Below, one piece after another: positions 41,166-53,588 of a stretch of 64,000 nucleotides of DNA. The notes below the pieces were generated by a model. That model saw nothing but the letters and a program-made list of their open reading frames with translations, did not search any database and was not told the DNA's origin. The DNA comes from Alphaproteobacteria bacterium (GTDB lineage Bacteria; Pseudomonadota; Alphaproteobacteria; UBA828). The DNA is taken from contig CBDCCI010000001.1 in the NCBI GenBank assembly GCA_965214705.1, positions 544,001 to 608,000 on the forward strand. Reading direction: 5' to 3'. A program made the translations under genes and the position numbers. Each line of letters starts with the position of its first letter. The first letter of the stretch is position 1.

Positions 41166-42731
41166 TCATGTGCATGGCAGATCCCCGATCCAGGGCTGCG
41201 CCACCTCGAGAAGCATCGGGCGGTCGGTCTTGGCATAGATCGCGGTGGTATCCAGCGAGCGATGCCGCAGAAGCGCGCCGATAACGTCGAGCGACACTCC
41301 GGAGCGAACCAAGTTGGTCGCTGTGGAGTGACGGAAGAGGTGCGAGCCCCGCGGTCGGACTTCGCTCATGCCGGCCCGCTTCAGAGCGGATTTGACGCGT
41401 GCCGAGACCGTTCCACTACAAGCAAAGGGCCGATGCGGTGCTTTTGCCCGAAGGAAGACCTGGTCCTCGGCGACGCGCGGACGCGCCTGCTCGATGTAGG
41501 CGAGAACGGCGTCGCCTGCATCCTGGGGAAGCGGCAATCCCACCTGCCGCCGGGACTTCCCGCACACGCGGATTATCGCGTTGTGCCAGTCGATGTCATC
41601 GAGACGTAGCCGGACGATATCTCCTGCGCGTAGGCCGAGGCGGGCGAGGAGAAGGAGGATCGCCCGATCACGCAGACCTACGGGCGTCGTGACATCGCAG
41701 CATCGGATGACCTGCTCGATGGCCTCGGCAGGAAGATATCGAGGCAGGCTGGCCAACTTCCAGACGCGGCCCCTTGGGACTGCATCGACGAGAGTCGGCG
41801 AACAGATTCCGCGAGCAGCAAGATACCGCAGATACATTTGCATGGAGGTCGCCAGCGTCTGGGCATGACCCCATGACACCCCCTCGAACCGTGCAAGCAG
41901 CGCGGCTCGGATGCGCGCAGCGTTGTAACCTTCAGGATCTTGCCCAAGTCTCGCGAGCAACGTGCTGACGTTGCGTTTGTGATCGCGGATTCTCTCAGCC
42001 CCAATGCCGCGATGTCGTCGAAGCCACTCGCCGAATCCGTCCAGCGAGGTGTCCCTCGCCGTTTCGGGCACCACCGTCCGATGGTGGAGCACGCCTCTGT
42101 CAGTGAGGTACTGCGCAAACTCGACGAAGGGACGAACGTACTGCGGGTCGTAGCGGAGACTGCCGAAGTTCCTGGAGCAGCCTGGGCAGACGCAGTCGTG
42201 GCCGAGGAACTGCTCCACCACATCGGAATCGACTTCCCGCATGGGAATGCGGGACCGATGCATCCAGAAGAGAAGGTGCCGGCACACGCCCCGCCAATAG
42301 GCGAGCGTGGCGGCAGCGTAACCGTCGATTGCGCGCCGGGCGATGAAGTCTTCCAGAAGGGTCAATCCTTCATGAAGGTCGCCGGGATGTGGGATGTGGC
42401 CCGTGTCCTCCAAGTACTGCACGAGCTTCAACGCGCCCGTCATCAAGGGGCGTGGGTACACGGTAGTCTCTTTGCGGCGCGACGGCAGCGTCCCTGCACA
42501 TCCGCATTCGTGATGACGGAAACGGCGCAACACGGCATCGTCAACCGAGACAATGGCCACGCCCTCTTGGTGCAGCCAAACGAGAAGGTGCCGCGCCGAA
42601 CGCCACAGGCTGCTGATGGTGTTCTCGGTAAAGTCGCAGCGGCGCAAATAGTCCACAAATGCTTGAAGGTGATGTTGGAACTGGTGCGGCGTCGGCCCCG
42701 GCCGAAAGACCCGCGTTGCTGTCGATGACAT
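41166..42731 (-). CDS. ritA: RIT recombinase A
   Basis: LPRYL, RDRAILLLLARLGLRAGD, GKSRR, HLFRHSTAT, LRHRSLDTTAIYAK and VAQPW. Confidence 0.88.
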   Translation of the reverse strand: MSSTATRVFRPGPTPHQFQHHLQAFVDYLRRCDFTENTISSLWRSARHLLVWLHQEGVAIVSVDDAVLRRFRHHECGCAGTLPSRRKETTVYPRPLMTGALKLVQYLEDTGHIPHPGDLHEGLTLLEDFIARRAIDGYAAATLAYWRGVCRHLLFWMHRSRIPMREVDSDVVEQFLGHDCVCPGCSRNFGSLRYDPQYVRPFVEFAQYLTDRGVLHHRTVVPETARDTSLDGFGEWLRRHRGIGAERIRDHKRNVSTLLARLGQDPEGYNAARIRAALLARFEGVSWGHAQTLATSMQMYLRYLAARGICSPTLVDAVPRGRVWKLASLPRYLPAEAIEQVIRCCDVTTPVGLRDRAILLLLARLGLRAGDIVRLRLDDIDWHNAIIRVCGKSRRQVGLPLPQDAGDAVLAYIEQARPRVAEDQVFLRAKAPHRPFACSGTVSARVKSALKRAGMSEVRPRGSHLFRHSTATNLVRSGVSLDVIGALLRHRSLDTTAIYAKTDRPMLLEVAQPWIGDLPCT

Positions 42732-42775
42732 CGTCACTCTCCTCCTATCCTCAGTGGGGGAGGAGAGGCTTACAT

Positions 42776-42860
42776 AATGTTGAGCGAATCCGGTCCTGCG
42801 GCTTGTTCCTGCAGGACCGGAGCGGCTCAGCTGCCCATAAAAACTCTCTCGACATAACTG
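42776..42860. repeat. 85-bp inverted repeat, right of RIT
   Basis: Reverse complement of 34852-34936. Confidence 0.92.
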
Positions 42861-42990
42861 ATAGACGCGGGCTTCGTTCTCGCCCACCCGCCGGAACCCG
42901 ATGTCGCTGCTCATTGTGCTCTCCCCGTAGCGTGATGCCGGCGCGGAGAGGACTCTCTCTGCTCTCCATGCGGCTCGCCGCTCGCCCGCT

Positions 42991-43971
42991 TCACTCGGAC
43001 TCCCGGTCTGCGAGCGCGGCCGCCGTCCAGGCGGCAAGCGCGGCGGAGCCGAATGCAAGGAGATCCTCGTTGAAGTCGGCACCGCGAGGCACGATGACGG
43101 TGGCGGCGACGCGCGCGTATTCGCAGCGCCGGACGAGGCGCGCGGCAGCGCGCTCGCCTTCTTCATCGTTGTCCCTGGCGATGACGATGCGGGCGACGCC
43201 GGGCGGAGGCGCGAATGCGCCGAGGCTGCCGGCGGAGAGCGCTGCGGCGGCGACGGTGTCGGGGATGGCCGTGACGATGGACAGCACGGTCTCGATCCCC
43301 TCGCCGACGAGGAGCGAAGCTCCATCGTCGGGGTCGCCGAAACGGACGGCATGGCCGTGCACGTGCCCGAGCGCCTTGCGCGGGCGACTCACATTTGCCT
43401 TGGCGGGCCTGGTCGGGTGCAACCACGTTCGCAGCACGCCGCAGATGGCTTCGTCGGTGCCGGTGACGGCCGCGACCAGGGCCGGCAGGCGGCGCATGCC
43501 GCTATCGCCGCGGTAGAAGAGGCTGGGATGGAAGCGCAGGGCCGCGAAGTGGCAGCGCTCAATACCGCGCGTCTTGAGGTAGGCCTCGGCATGGGTGCCG
43601 TCGATGGCGCGGCAACGGCGCCACAGGCGCCGCGCCGCCTCGGTGGCGTCGTAGGCGTCGCCCGAGCCCGCGGCCGGCGCAGCCGGCCGCGCGAGGAAGG
43701 CGCGGGCCTCGTCGAGCGCCGCGCGCAGCGTCGGCGCGTTGATGCGGTGGCGGATGATGTCGAGCAGATCGCCATGCGCGCCCGTGGCTGCATCGGTGAA
43801 CTTCCCGGGCGCCCCCGGCGGCGCGAGACGGACGTAGAGAGATCGGCCGCGCCCGCCGTCGAGATCGCCCGCGACCCAGTACCGGCCCCGGCGGCGCCCG
43901 TAGGGCAGGTATCGGCGGCAGGCTTCTTCGGCGCGCTCGGCGAGTGCTGCGGCGACGGCAGCCGCGTTCAT
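42991..43971 (-). CDS. Toprim-domain primase-like protein of plasmid/ICE backbones
   Basis: GRSLYVRL, DAATGAHGDLLD, AEAYLKTRGI, LVGEGIETVLS and IARDND. Confidence 0.85.
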   Translation of the reverse strand: MNAAAVAAALAERAEEACRRYLPYGRRRGRYWVAGDLDGGRGRSLYVRLAPPGAPGKFTDAATGAHGDLLDIIRHRINAPTLRAALDEARAFLARPAAPAAGSGDAYDATEAARRLWRRCRAIDGTHAEAYLKTRGIERCHFAALRFHPSLFYRGDSGMRRLPALVAAVTGTDEAICGVLRTWLHPTRPAKANVSRPRKALGHVHGHAVRFGDPDDGASLLVGEGIETVLSIVTAIPDTVAAAALSAGSLGAFAPPPGVARIVIARDNDEEGERAAARLVRRCEYARVAATVIVPRGADFNEDLLAFGSAALAAWTAAALADRESE

Positions 43972-44452
43972 GGCGCACACTTCGGGCGGGGGCGGGAGCC
44001 GGCGAAGCCGGGACCGTCGGCGGTCATGGGGAGCATGAGAGACCTCGCTGGACGCAGCATGGGACACGGCCCGGTCCCGGCCTCGACCGGCCTCTCGCCG
44101 GCGCCGGGACGGCGGGCGGCGCGCGAAGCGCAGGCCCCGCCGTCCGGCCAGTGGCGGACTCGGATCGGGCTGCACAAAGAAACCCGCCCCGCGCGGGAGG
44201 AACGCGGGGCGGGCTCTGGGGCGAGCGGGTATGGCGCGACAATCTGCATGAGATCCGCGCGGCTATCAGGATGAGATTCCTGGCGGCGACGGCGCGTTGA
44301 GGATTCCGCTGTGAGGCGGGGATTGCAAGCTCTTTTTGGATTTTGATTGTCGCGGCGCGACAGTTTCTTCGAGCAGCCAGATTGACGCGGAGAGGAGGCG
44401 GCCCGCGGGGGTCGATCTCTCGCGGGCCGCGAGTGGGGCAGTGGTGGCCGGC

Positions 44453-46902
<2,450 letters not shown>

Positions 46903-46965
46903 CTACGCCCTCCCTACATTCCTGGCCGCCGATCTCCCCCGTCTCATCCTGATTGACGCTGCTGT

Positions 46966-48876
46966 TTTGCGGTAGGAACGCCGGTTACCCAGCGCCCCCC
47001 GCACAGATCCCCGCAGGCCCGTTAGGGCACGAGGCTCCTACCTTGAGTGGTTGACGGCAAATCGCTGGTTTGGCCAAGGGTGGCGGATGCTCAGTGGCGG
47101 CCAAAAGGCCCGCGCCAGGGCGCCGACCTTGGCCAGCGTGAAGCGGTCCTTTTGGGATCGGCGCCGCAGCACGCGACGCCATAGCCGCACGAGCCGGAAC
47201 GTGAACTGCTTGAGGTACGGGAAGCTGGTTGGGACGGCATAGTATCGAAGCCATCCGTCCACGACCCTCCCAAGCCATTTTGCAACCTCGTACCGGTCAT
47301 GGTGCATCCTTCGGCGCAGTTCGGCCTTGATGCGCTTGAGGGTTCGGTTGACCCGGCTTCGCATCGGTTTCCGGCCCAGACCGGGACGTCCGGTCCTCGT
47401 GGTCCGGCAGTAATGCGTGAACCCGAGGAAGTCGAACGTTTCGGGACGCCGCTCGCCTCGCGCCCGCCGGCGTGCGATCGCCCGCTGGCCAAACTCGATG
47501 AGCCGCGTCTTGTCCGGGTGGAGGTCGAGCGAGAACAAAGCCAGCCTCGCCTTCAAGTCGCGCAGGAACCGTTCCGCGTCGCTCTTGTGCTCGAAACCGA
47601 CCACAAAATCATCGGCGTAACGCACGATGATCGTGTCGCCGCAGGCCGTCCGCGAACGCCATTTCTGGAACCACAGGTCGAGCACATAGTGGAGGTAGAC
47701 GTTCGCGAGAATCGGCGAAGCCACCGCCCCTTGCGGGGTGCCCACCAGCGTGTCTGACCATGCGCCCTCTTCGATGACGCCCGCGTTGAGCCACTTGGCG
47801 ATCAGCCGGAGTGCCCGCCGATCCCCGATGCGATGGCCCAAGAACCGGAGCGTCCAGTTCCTGTCCAGGTTATCGAAGAACCCACGGATGTCGGCGTCAA
47901 CGATCCAGTTGACCCGGCGTCGGTCGATCCCGTACGCCAGAGCATCGAGCGCGTCGTGCGCCCCACGCCCCGGACGGAACCCATAGCTGAACCCGAGGAA
48001 GGCCGGCTCGTAAATTGGCGTCAGGATAATCTCCGTCACCGCCTTCTGGACGATCTTGTCCTCTAGCGCGGCGACGCCGAGCGGTCGTGTCCCGCCGTCT
48101 GGCTTGGGTATCTCTACCCACCGGACCGGCGGCGCCCGATACGCTCCGGTCTGTACGCGACGGTGAAGGTCGAGCAGCCGCTCTTCCAGCCCCTCCGCGT
48201 ACTGAGCCCATGTCATGCCGTCTACCCCCGCTGCGGCGTCCCGCTTCAGCGCGTGGAAGGCCCAGCGCAGCGCGTCCGGCGTGACATGATGCAAGAGCGC
48301 CGTCAGCTTCTCCCGCGGCTTCCTCGTTGCAGTTTGCCGTATCCGCTCGGCGGCCTGGGACACGCTTTCCCGGCTCTGCGTCCGGCGCGTGCTTTCGCGT
48401 CGCGGATTCCTCTCGGTTCCGGCCCTTCGCTTCATCGGCTCCGCCGGACCTCGCGGCCCCTTGTTCGCCGACTTCATCGCTACTATGGCCGAATCAGATT
48501 GCTTCGACTCGTACATCTTCGATTCGGATATCCTCCTTTCTTCCGCGGCCCCGGTACGACCACCGGGGCAAGTCGAAGCCCTCCCGAGTCCCGGCACAGG
48601 GGTGTACGTGCGTCCATGGATTCCTCAGACAACGCGGAGCCCCGCAGTGCCTCACCAGAGCGGTCCTGCGGGTGTCGCCTTCGGCCGATGAGAAAACCTC
48701 GGCACTCCGGACCATAACATTTTCGATGCTCAATCATCCCGGCCACACGCGCCGCTACCGACGCTTCGACCGCACCCTCACGGATGCCGCCGCACGGCTC
48801 GCGGTGGAAGTAGTGGTTAGCCTTTCCTTCCCGTCGGACTCTCACCGACTCCCCTGCGCCAGTTAGCTCGGCGCTC
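46966..48876 (-). ncRNA. Group II intron with intact RT
   Basis: DV/DVI-like GGAGCCTCGTGCCC...GGATCTGTGCGGGGGGCGC..GTAACC..CGTTCCTACCGC after the RT stop. The 5' end reads GAGCGCC. The 3' boundary is uncertain by 2 nt. Confidence 0.78.
47038..48516 (-). CDS. ltrA: Group II intron reverse transcriptase/maturase (no endonuclease domain evident)
   Basis: AAGVDG, RPLGV, SYGFRPGR, DADIRGFFD, GTPQG, RYADDF and FDFLGFTH. Confidence 0.93.
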   Translation of the reverse strand: MYESKQSDSAIVAMKSANKGPRGPAEPMKRRAGTERNPRRESTRRTQSRESVSQAAERIRQTATRKPREKLTALLHHVTPDALRWAFHALKRDAAAGVDGMTWAQYAEGLEERLLDLHRRVQTGAYRAPPVRWVEIPKPDGGTRPLGVAALEDKIVQKAVTEIILTPIYEPAFLGFSYGFRPGRGAHDALDALAYGIDRRRVNWIVDADIRGFFDNLDRNWTLRFLGHRIGDRRALRLIAKWLNAGVIEEGAWSDTLVGTPQGAVASPILANVYLHYVLDLWFQKWRSRTACGDTIIVRYADDFVVGFEHKSDAERFLRDLKARLALFSLDLHPDKTRLIEFGQRAIARRRARGERRPETFDFLGFTHYCRTTRTGRPGLGRKPMRSRVNRTLKRIKAELRRRMHHDRYEVAKWLGRVVDGWLRYYAVPTSFPYLKQFTFRLVRLWRRVLRRRSQKDRFTLAKVGALARAFWPPLSIRHPWPNQRFAVNHSR

Positions 48877-48935
48877 CTCATCTTGTTTGTCGCGCCGCAA
48901 GCGGGCGGGGAAGGCCCGCTGCGGGGAGGTCAGCC

Positions 48936-49385
48936 CTAGAACGGCACGCTGTCTGCCCCTGCTGTAGCCGGATCGCCGGCCGGCGCAGCCTCTCCATCGG
49001 ACGCCGCAGCGCCGCTGCCATTGGCGCCGGCGGGGCGATCCAAGAACTGGATCCGCGAGCCAGGGACGAGCAGGATCTCGGTGGAGAACCGATCCGAGTC
49101 CTCGCCGTCCTTGCGCCAGCGCCGGGTCTGCATCTTGCCCGCGACGTACACCAGGCGACCCTTCTTCGCGTGCTTGTCGAGCATGTCGATCAAGCCGTTC
49201 TGGAAGGTCACGACCCGATGCCACTCGGTCTTGTCGATCCGCTCGCCGGTACCGGCCTTGTCGATGAACGACTCGTCGGTGGCGATACTCAGGTTGGCCA
49301 CGCGCCCGCCGCTCTGCAGGTGGTTGACGGTAACATCGGCGCCCAGGCGGCCAATGACTTCTGCCCTGTTCAATCCGAAAGCCAT
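48936..49385 (-). CDS. ssb: Single-stranded DNA-binding protein
   Basis: LNRAEVIGRLGAD, IATDES, TEWHRVV, KGRLVYV and acidic tail DSVPF. Confidence 0.93.
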   Translation of the reverse strand: MAFGLNRAEVIGRLGADVTVNHLQSGGRVANLSIATDESFIDKAGTGERIDKTEWHRVVTFQNGLIDMLDKHAKKGRLVYVAGKMQTRRWRKDGEDSDRFSTEILLVPGSRIQFLDRPAGANGSGAAASDGEAAPAGDPATAGADSVPF

Positions 49386-49629
49386 GGTCTTGTCTCCTGT
49401 CGATTCGAGTTGATGACGAAGGTTGAGGAGCGGGCTGGAGTCTCTTCTCGACCCCGCCCTGCTCACCTTCTCCAAGCTCCACACCTCCTCTCGTCTGCTG
49501 CCTGCTCCGAGGCCCGCCGGGTTCACGAGGCCTCGCGGACCGCACGGCCGGTGACTGCCGTGGCGCTGGTTCGGGATAGGGGACGTCAAGAGCGGGCTCA
49601 CCTTCGGAACGCCCACGGCGGGTCCGCAC

Positions 49630-50442
49630 TCATGAGGGAGACAGCACCATGAGCGGCACGTTGGAGAGGACTTCGACCTGGTCGGGGCGCAGGCGGGCGA
49701 AGGCGATGCAGGCGGCGGCCTCGGATTCGGTCTCGAAGACGCCCAGCTCCCCGCCCGTCTCCAGTTCGACCACGGTGATCTGCGGTGGCCAGAGCACCGC
49801 CAGGTGTCGCTCGGGCGCGCGGGAGTTGGAACGATATGCGCAGCGCTCACAGCGGGCCGTGCCACCGGTGCGGAGGCCACAATCCACACACGCGCTCTGC
49901 GCGCGCCTCGCGGCGTAGCGTTTCTTGGCGGCGGCGCTGGCTCGCTCGGGACAGACGCGCTCCTTCTCCAGCGCGAGGCACCGGCCGCAGCGCGACAGGC
50001 CTCCGACCGTGGGCTGCCTGCAGCGTACGCATCGGCCAGCAGCCTGCCGTGCGGCATAACGCCGGCGGTCGAGAGCACGTCTGGCCTCGCGGCACGGCTC
50101 GCAGACGGTGCGATCCTCCTCCGGCCGGCGGCGGCCGCACGATGTGCAAAGTCCCGCCGCCTGACGCGCCTGGCGGCGGCGCCTGTCGCCGGCGCGGTCG
50201 GCACGGCGGCACTGCTCCGGATCGCGGCCGCCATATTGGTTGCCCTCGGCGCGGGCCTTCGCCCGGCGGGCGCGCTCGGCGGCGCGGCGCTTCTCGGCAC
50301 AGCCGAGGCAGAGCTTGAGGCCGGGCTCCGGCGGGGCCTTGCCGCAACGCGGGCAGCGGCCGCGCGCGAGTCGCTCGGCACGGAGCTGCTGCTGGCGGCT
50401 CTGGCAGTGGGCTCGATGTGCGACAGATTCCTCCACCGGCAT
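49630..50442 (-). CDS. Basic protein with four CxxC...CxxC zinc-ribbon repeats
   Basis: GRCPRC..CLGC, GLCTSC..CEPC, GRCVRC..CGRC and ACVDC..CERC, separated by Arg-rich helices. Confidence 0.7.
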   Translation of the reverse strand: MPVEESVAHRAHCQSRQQQLRAERLARGRCPRCGKAPPEPGLKLCLGCAEKRRAAERARRAKARAEGNQYGGRDPEQCRRADRAGDRRRRQARQAAGLCTSCGRRRPEEDRTVCEPCREARRALDRRRYAARQAAGRCVRCRQPTVGGLSRCGRCLALEKERVCPERASAAAKKRYAARRAQSACVDCGLRTGGTARCERCAYRSNSRAPERHLAVLWPPQITVVELETGGELGVFETESEAAACIAFARLRPDQVEVLSNVPLMVLSPS

Positions 50443-50457
50443 GACCGGCGCTCTCGG

Positions 50458-50784
50458 TCAGCGCGCGTAGCGGGCTGCGACCAAGCCCGTCGCCTGCCAT
50501 CCATAGAGTTGCATCCCGGAGCCTTCGAGCTTCACCCCCGTGCAGACGATGATCTCATTGGGCGCGGGCCGCATCTTCCTGACGGCGGCCAGGCTCGCGA
50601 TCGTGCGCCGTTGCTTGCGTCTGCCCTTCGTCCCGGGCTGCTCCGCCTGGACGGGTTCGATCTGCCCGTTCGGATGGGAGCGGTACTTCTCGACCACGTA
50701 GCGCTCGTCGTCGAGACCTCTGCCGAACAGGTGCACCAGAAAGGTCTGCGCGTCGCGATGGAATATCCGGCCGGTCCGCATGAT
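50458..50784 (-). CDS. Hypothetical protein
   Basis: GGAG RBS and co-oriented with the backbone operon. Confidence 0.45.
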   Translation of the reverse strand: MMRTGRIFHRDAQTFLVHLFGRGLDDERYVVEKYRSHPNGQIEPVQAEQPGTKGRRKQRRTIASLAAVRKMRPAPNEIIVCTGVKLEGSGMQLYGWQATGLVAARYAR

Positions 50785-51403
50785 GCCGTCTCCCCCGGTG
50801 GTAGTTGCCGACGGCGGGGGCACGCTCCGCAGCGCCGCCCCCGCCGCCCGCGTCACGGCCGACCTCTCGCTCATGGCGGCGCACGGCGCGGGCGCGATGA
50901 GGGACGGCTGCTGGTGACCGTCTGGACCCGCGTGTCGGTGATCGTCAGGAGAACACGCTTAGTCGATCAATAAGCCCAGCAGGGCGATGAGTCGCCCGCC
51001 GCCGGTTGGGCGATTGGAGACATTCCTCGGCTGTGGGTGAACGGCTCGGCGCAGCGACCGCCTCCGAGCCTTGGGGGCGGCAGAACGACGGACGGCGAGC
51101 CGGTCGCGGCGCTGGCGCAGGCGACGCTGTCGGATGTGGGAGGCTTTTTCTGCGCGGTGGCCGTGTGCCGGCCGCCGGAGGCATCCAGAGGGCCGCTGGA
51201 GCGCCTGGCGCCGCCTTTCGCCGATTTCGGCACGACGTGGCCCCGAAGGAGCGCGCGCCGTCCTGGGCTCGCTGGCAGCGTCGCGGGTCCTGAATGCACG
51301 AGGGCTCGCGTGCGCGGTGAACGATGACGCACTGGCTTTCGCCGGAGATTCGAGGAGGGGGCGTACCTGGCCTTCACACGCTACGCTGGAAAAAACCGAG
51401 CCT

Positions 51404-51814
51404 CTAATGCTCCTTCGCCCGTCGTTCCAGGTAGCTGAGGGCGGCGCGGGCGATCAGTCCTGAGCGTGTCTCGCCCTCCCGTGAGGCGGCTTCGTCAATG
51501 ATCGCAAGTACACGCGAGGGCACAGTAATGTTGATTCGCTTGGCCTTGCTGTCCATCTTGGAGAGATCGACCGCGACAATCGCAAAAATGCCGTCGGCGA
51601 AATGCTCGTCGGCTTGATGCACTTCAAGCGGCGCCCTCTCCGGAATCGCCGCGCTCTGCATGAGCAGGCCCTCAATGTGGAACACGATCGCCTCGTGAGC
51701 ACGGTCGATCGCCCCTTCAAGTGTCTCGCCGGCGGAGAAGCAGCCAGGAAGATCCGGTACCGTCACGCCATAGCTGCTGTCCTCATCCTTGTGGATGACA
51801 ATCGGAAATCTCAT
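51404..51814 (-). CDS. hicB: HicB antitoxin
   Basis: YGVTVPDLPGCFSAGET and RHH KRINITVP. Confidence 0.93.
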   Translation of the reverse strand: MRFPIVIHKDEDSSYGVTVPDLPGCFSAGETLEGAIDRAHEAIVFHIEGLLMQSAAIPERAPLEVHQADEHFADGIFAIVAVDLSKMDSKAKRINITVPSRVLAIIDEAASREGETRSGLIARAALSYLERRAKEH

Positions 51815-52008
51815 TTCCGTTCCCTCCAGTTCCAGCCGGCCTGCCGGTAGATGCTTCGTGCCGTCCCGATCGGTAGGTCTTTTCTCGGATGAGGCACGGT
51901 AACTAGACCGGCTCGTTCGGGGTGGATGAACTGGTGGTGGCTGCCGCGAATTCGATGGGCCACCCAGCCGTCCCGCTTCAGCCTCCTGACGATGTCGGCG
52001 CTATCCAT
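51811..52008 (-). CDS. hicA: HicA mRNA interferase toxin
   Basis: RGSHHQFIHP...VTVPHPRKDLPIGT. Confidence 0.93.
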   Translation of the reverse strand: MDSADIVRRLKRDGWVAHRIRGSHHQFIHPERAGLVTVPHPRKDLPIGTARSIYRQAGWNWRERK

Positions 52009-52152
52009 CGATGAGTACTATACACACGAGAATGCCGGTAATCACGGAAGTCTGGGACTGAGGACTGGGATCCTCCGTCCGGAATCCTGTCGTGGCGGTG
52101 TTCGACGCTGGCGTCGGCGCTTTCCGTTCTTCGCGGTGCCGGTCACCGGGAG

Positions 52153-52518
52153 TTGCGCCGCGTGTTCCATACGTGGTTCAGTCTGCTGGCCGGGCCTGGC
52201 GCCGGCGGCGCCGCAATCGAGGGGGTCGAGGAGATGGAGCGACTTGAGGAGGCGGGCGAGCTGAGAACGGCGGTTCAGGACCGTGTGCGCGCATGGCGTG
52301 AGGCAGACCGCGAGCAGGGCCGCGCGGAAGGCGTCGAGCAGGAGCGGTCGCTGCTGCGTCGCCTGACCGAGCGGAAGTTCGGTGCCGACACCGCCGGGGC
52401 CTTCGCGGCCCTGCTGGCCGGGATCGAGGATCCGGAACGTCTGGCGGATTTCGGCGAGTTGATCATCGACTGCGCTTCGGGCGACGAGCTCATCGCGCGG
52501 CTGGAGAGTTCGGCTTAG
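52153..52518 (+). pseudogene. Orphan C-terminal part of an Rpn-family gene
   Basis: Closely similar to 56877-57264 (EEMERLEEAGELRT.VQDRVRAWREA, RKFGAD, IIDCA.GDELIARL). Confidence 0.8.
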
Positions 52519-53588
52519 GCCGGATCGTCCGCCCCCGCGGGACGGTGCCGGGAGCTGCGCCGCTTCGACGGAAATTGGCGCGCCTGACCCGAGCCGTCCG
52601 GCCCGCACCAAGGCGCCGTTCTCCCTCCGCGTCCATTCCCTGTGGGCGATCACAATTGACCATGACGAGTGTCGGACGTCCGCCGGCTTGCGATCGAAGG
52701 CACTGAAGGGCGGCCCCGCCAGGGACCGCCACCGCCGACGTGATTCGGCCCGACGGCCGTGTCGAGCATCGCCGCCCGGCGGGCTGGTTTGATTCCGGAA
52801 TCGGGGGTGCCGTCGGCGAGCTCGCGCGGCGTTTCGGCCCGAGTCGCTACGGGTCGCTTCGCGGAGCTACGCTGGAGTTGGAATTCACTCGCTTCCGCAG
52901 TGATTACGGCGGGGGATTCCTGGGGCTGTCAGAGAGGGCTGAATCGAGAGATAAGAGACTGTATCGATTGAGAGAACCGAGGGTGTAGCTTCTGTCCTAC
53001 GCCCAGGCTCTCCTCTGCTTGAAGAGGCCTCAGCCCGAGGCCTCGCTCGTTTCAACTTGTCCGACCGCCAACGTACCTGACGACTCGGGTCGTGTCCATG
53101 GCCGATGAATCCCACCACACTAGCGCCTGCTTGTCCACATCAGAGTTGCGGCCAGACAGGCCATCGCGGCGACGAACCAAGGAACGATCCCTGACCATCC
53201 TGGGACTTCCGCCCCCTCTGCGCTGCAGCCTCCCCGCACATCCTTGCGGCATCCTCCGTGCCGCACAACGTGCCAAGGCCGAATTCTCGCCACATTTCTG
53301 CGACCATTGCAAGCCCGAAATTCGACCGGCCCAGGGCAAATTTGTCCAAGCGGCTGGTAGGCAGTTGAGTTCTGGCCACGGGTTGTGCGGATCGGCTTTG
53401 TTGCGGGGTTTGCGGCGGGGTCTGGCCGAGCATCCGGTTCGGTCAGACGGTTCTGGCATTACCGTGTGGGCGGTGCGGGCGGTGCCGTCGCGATTTGGCG
53501 GTGCCCCGACATGATGGATCGCGCCACCGGCGTGGTCGGGAGCGAGGGCAGGTACGATCTTTGCGCCCGGCTTGCCGGGCGCCGGGGT

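Larger units (their letters stand above)
35936..41169 (-). pseudogene. ritB: RIT recombinase B, interrupted by IS91-like element 2
   Basis: 5' piece MKKHVGRFVALKRHLG...GED (41169-41052) joins FVRAETMIRFA (from ~36735). Also TKFRKSRLVPLH, HDLRH and LSTYLGH...TYWYL. ATGA overlaps with both neighbours. Confidence 0.85.
32219..42857 (-). mobile_element. Composite RIT-bounded insertion
   Basis: 6-bp direct repeat CTGATA at 32213-32218 and 42858-42863. Ends are TTACGTTGAG... and ...CTCGACATAA. Confidence 0.75.

Noticed and set aside
41166-43352. 728-aa recombinase ORF
   Set aside because: Read-through of toprim-overlapping sequence, the split small gene and the IR. RitA most likely starts at 42731.
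48936-50504. 522-aa ORF ending in SSB
   Set aside because: Only the last ~150 aa are SSB. The upstream part is an off-frame shadow of the Zn-finger gene.
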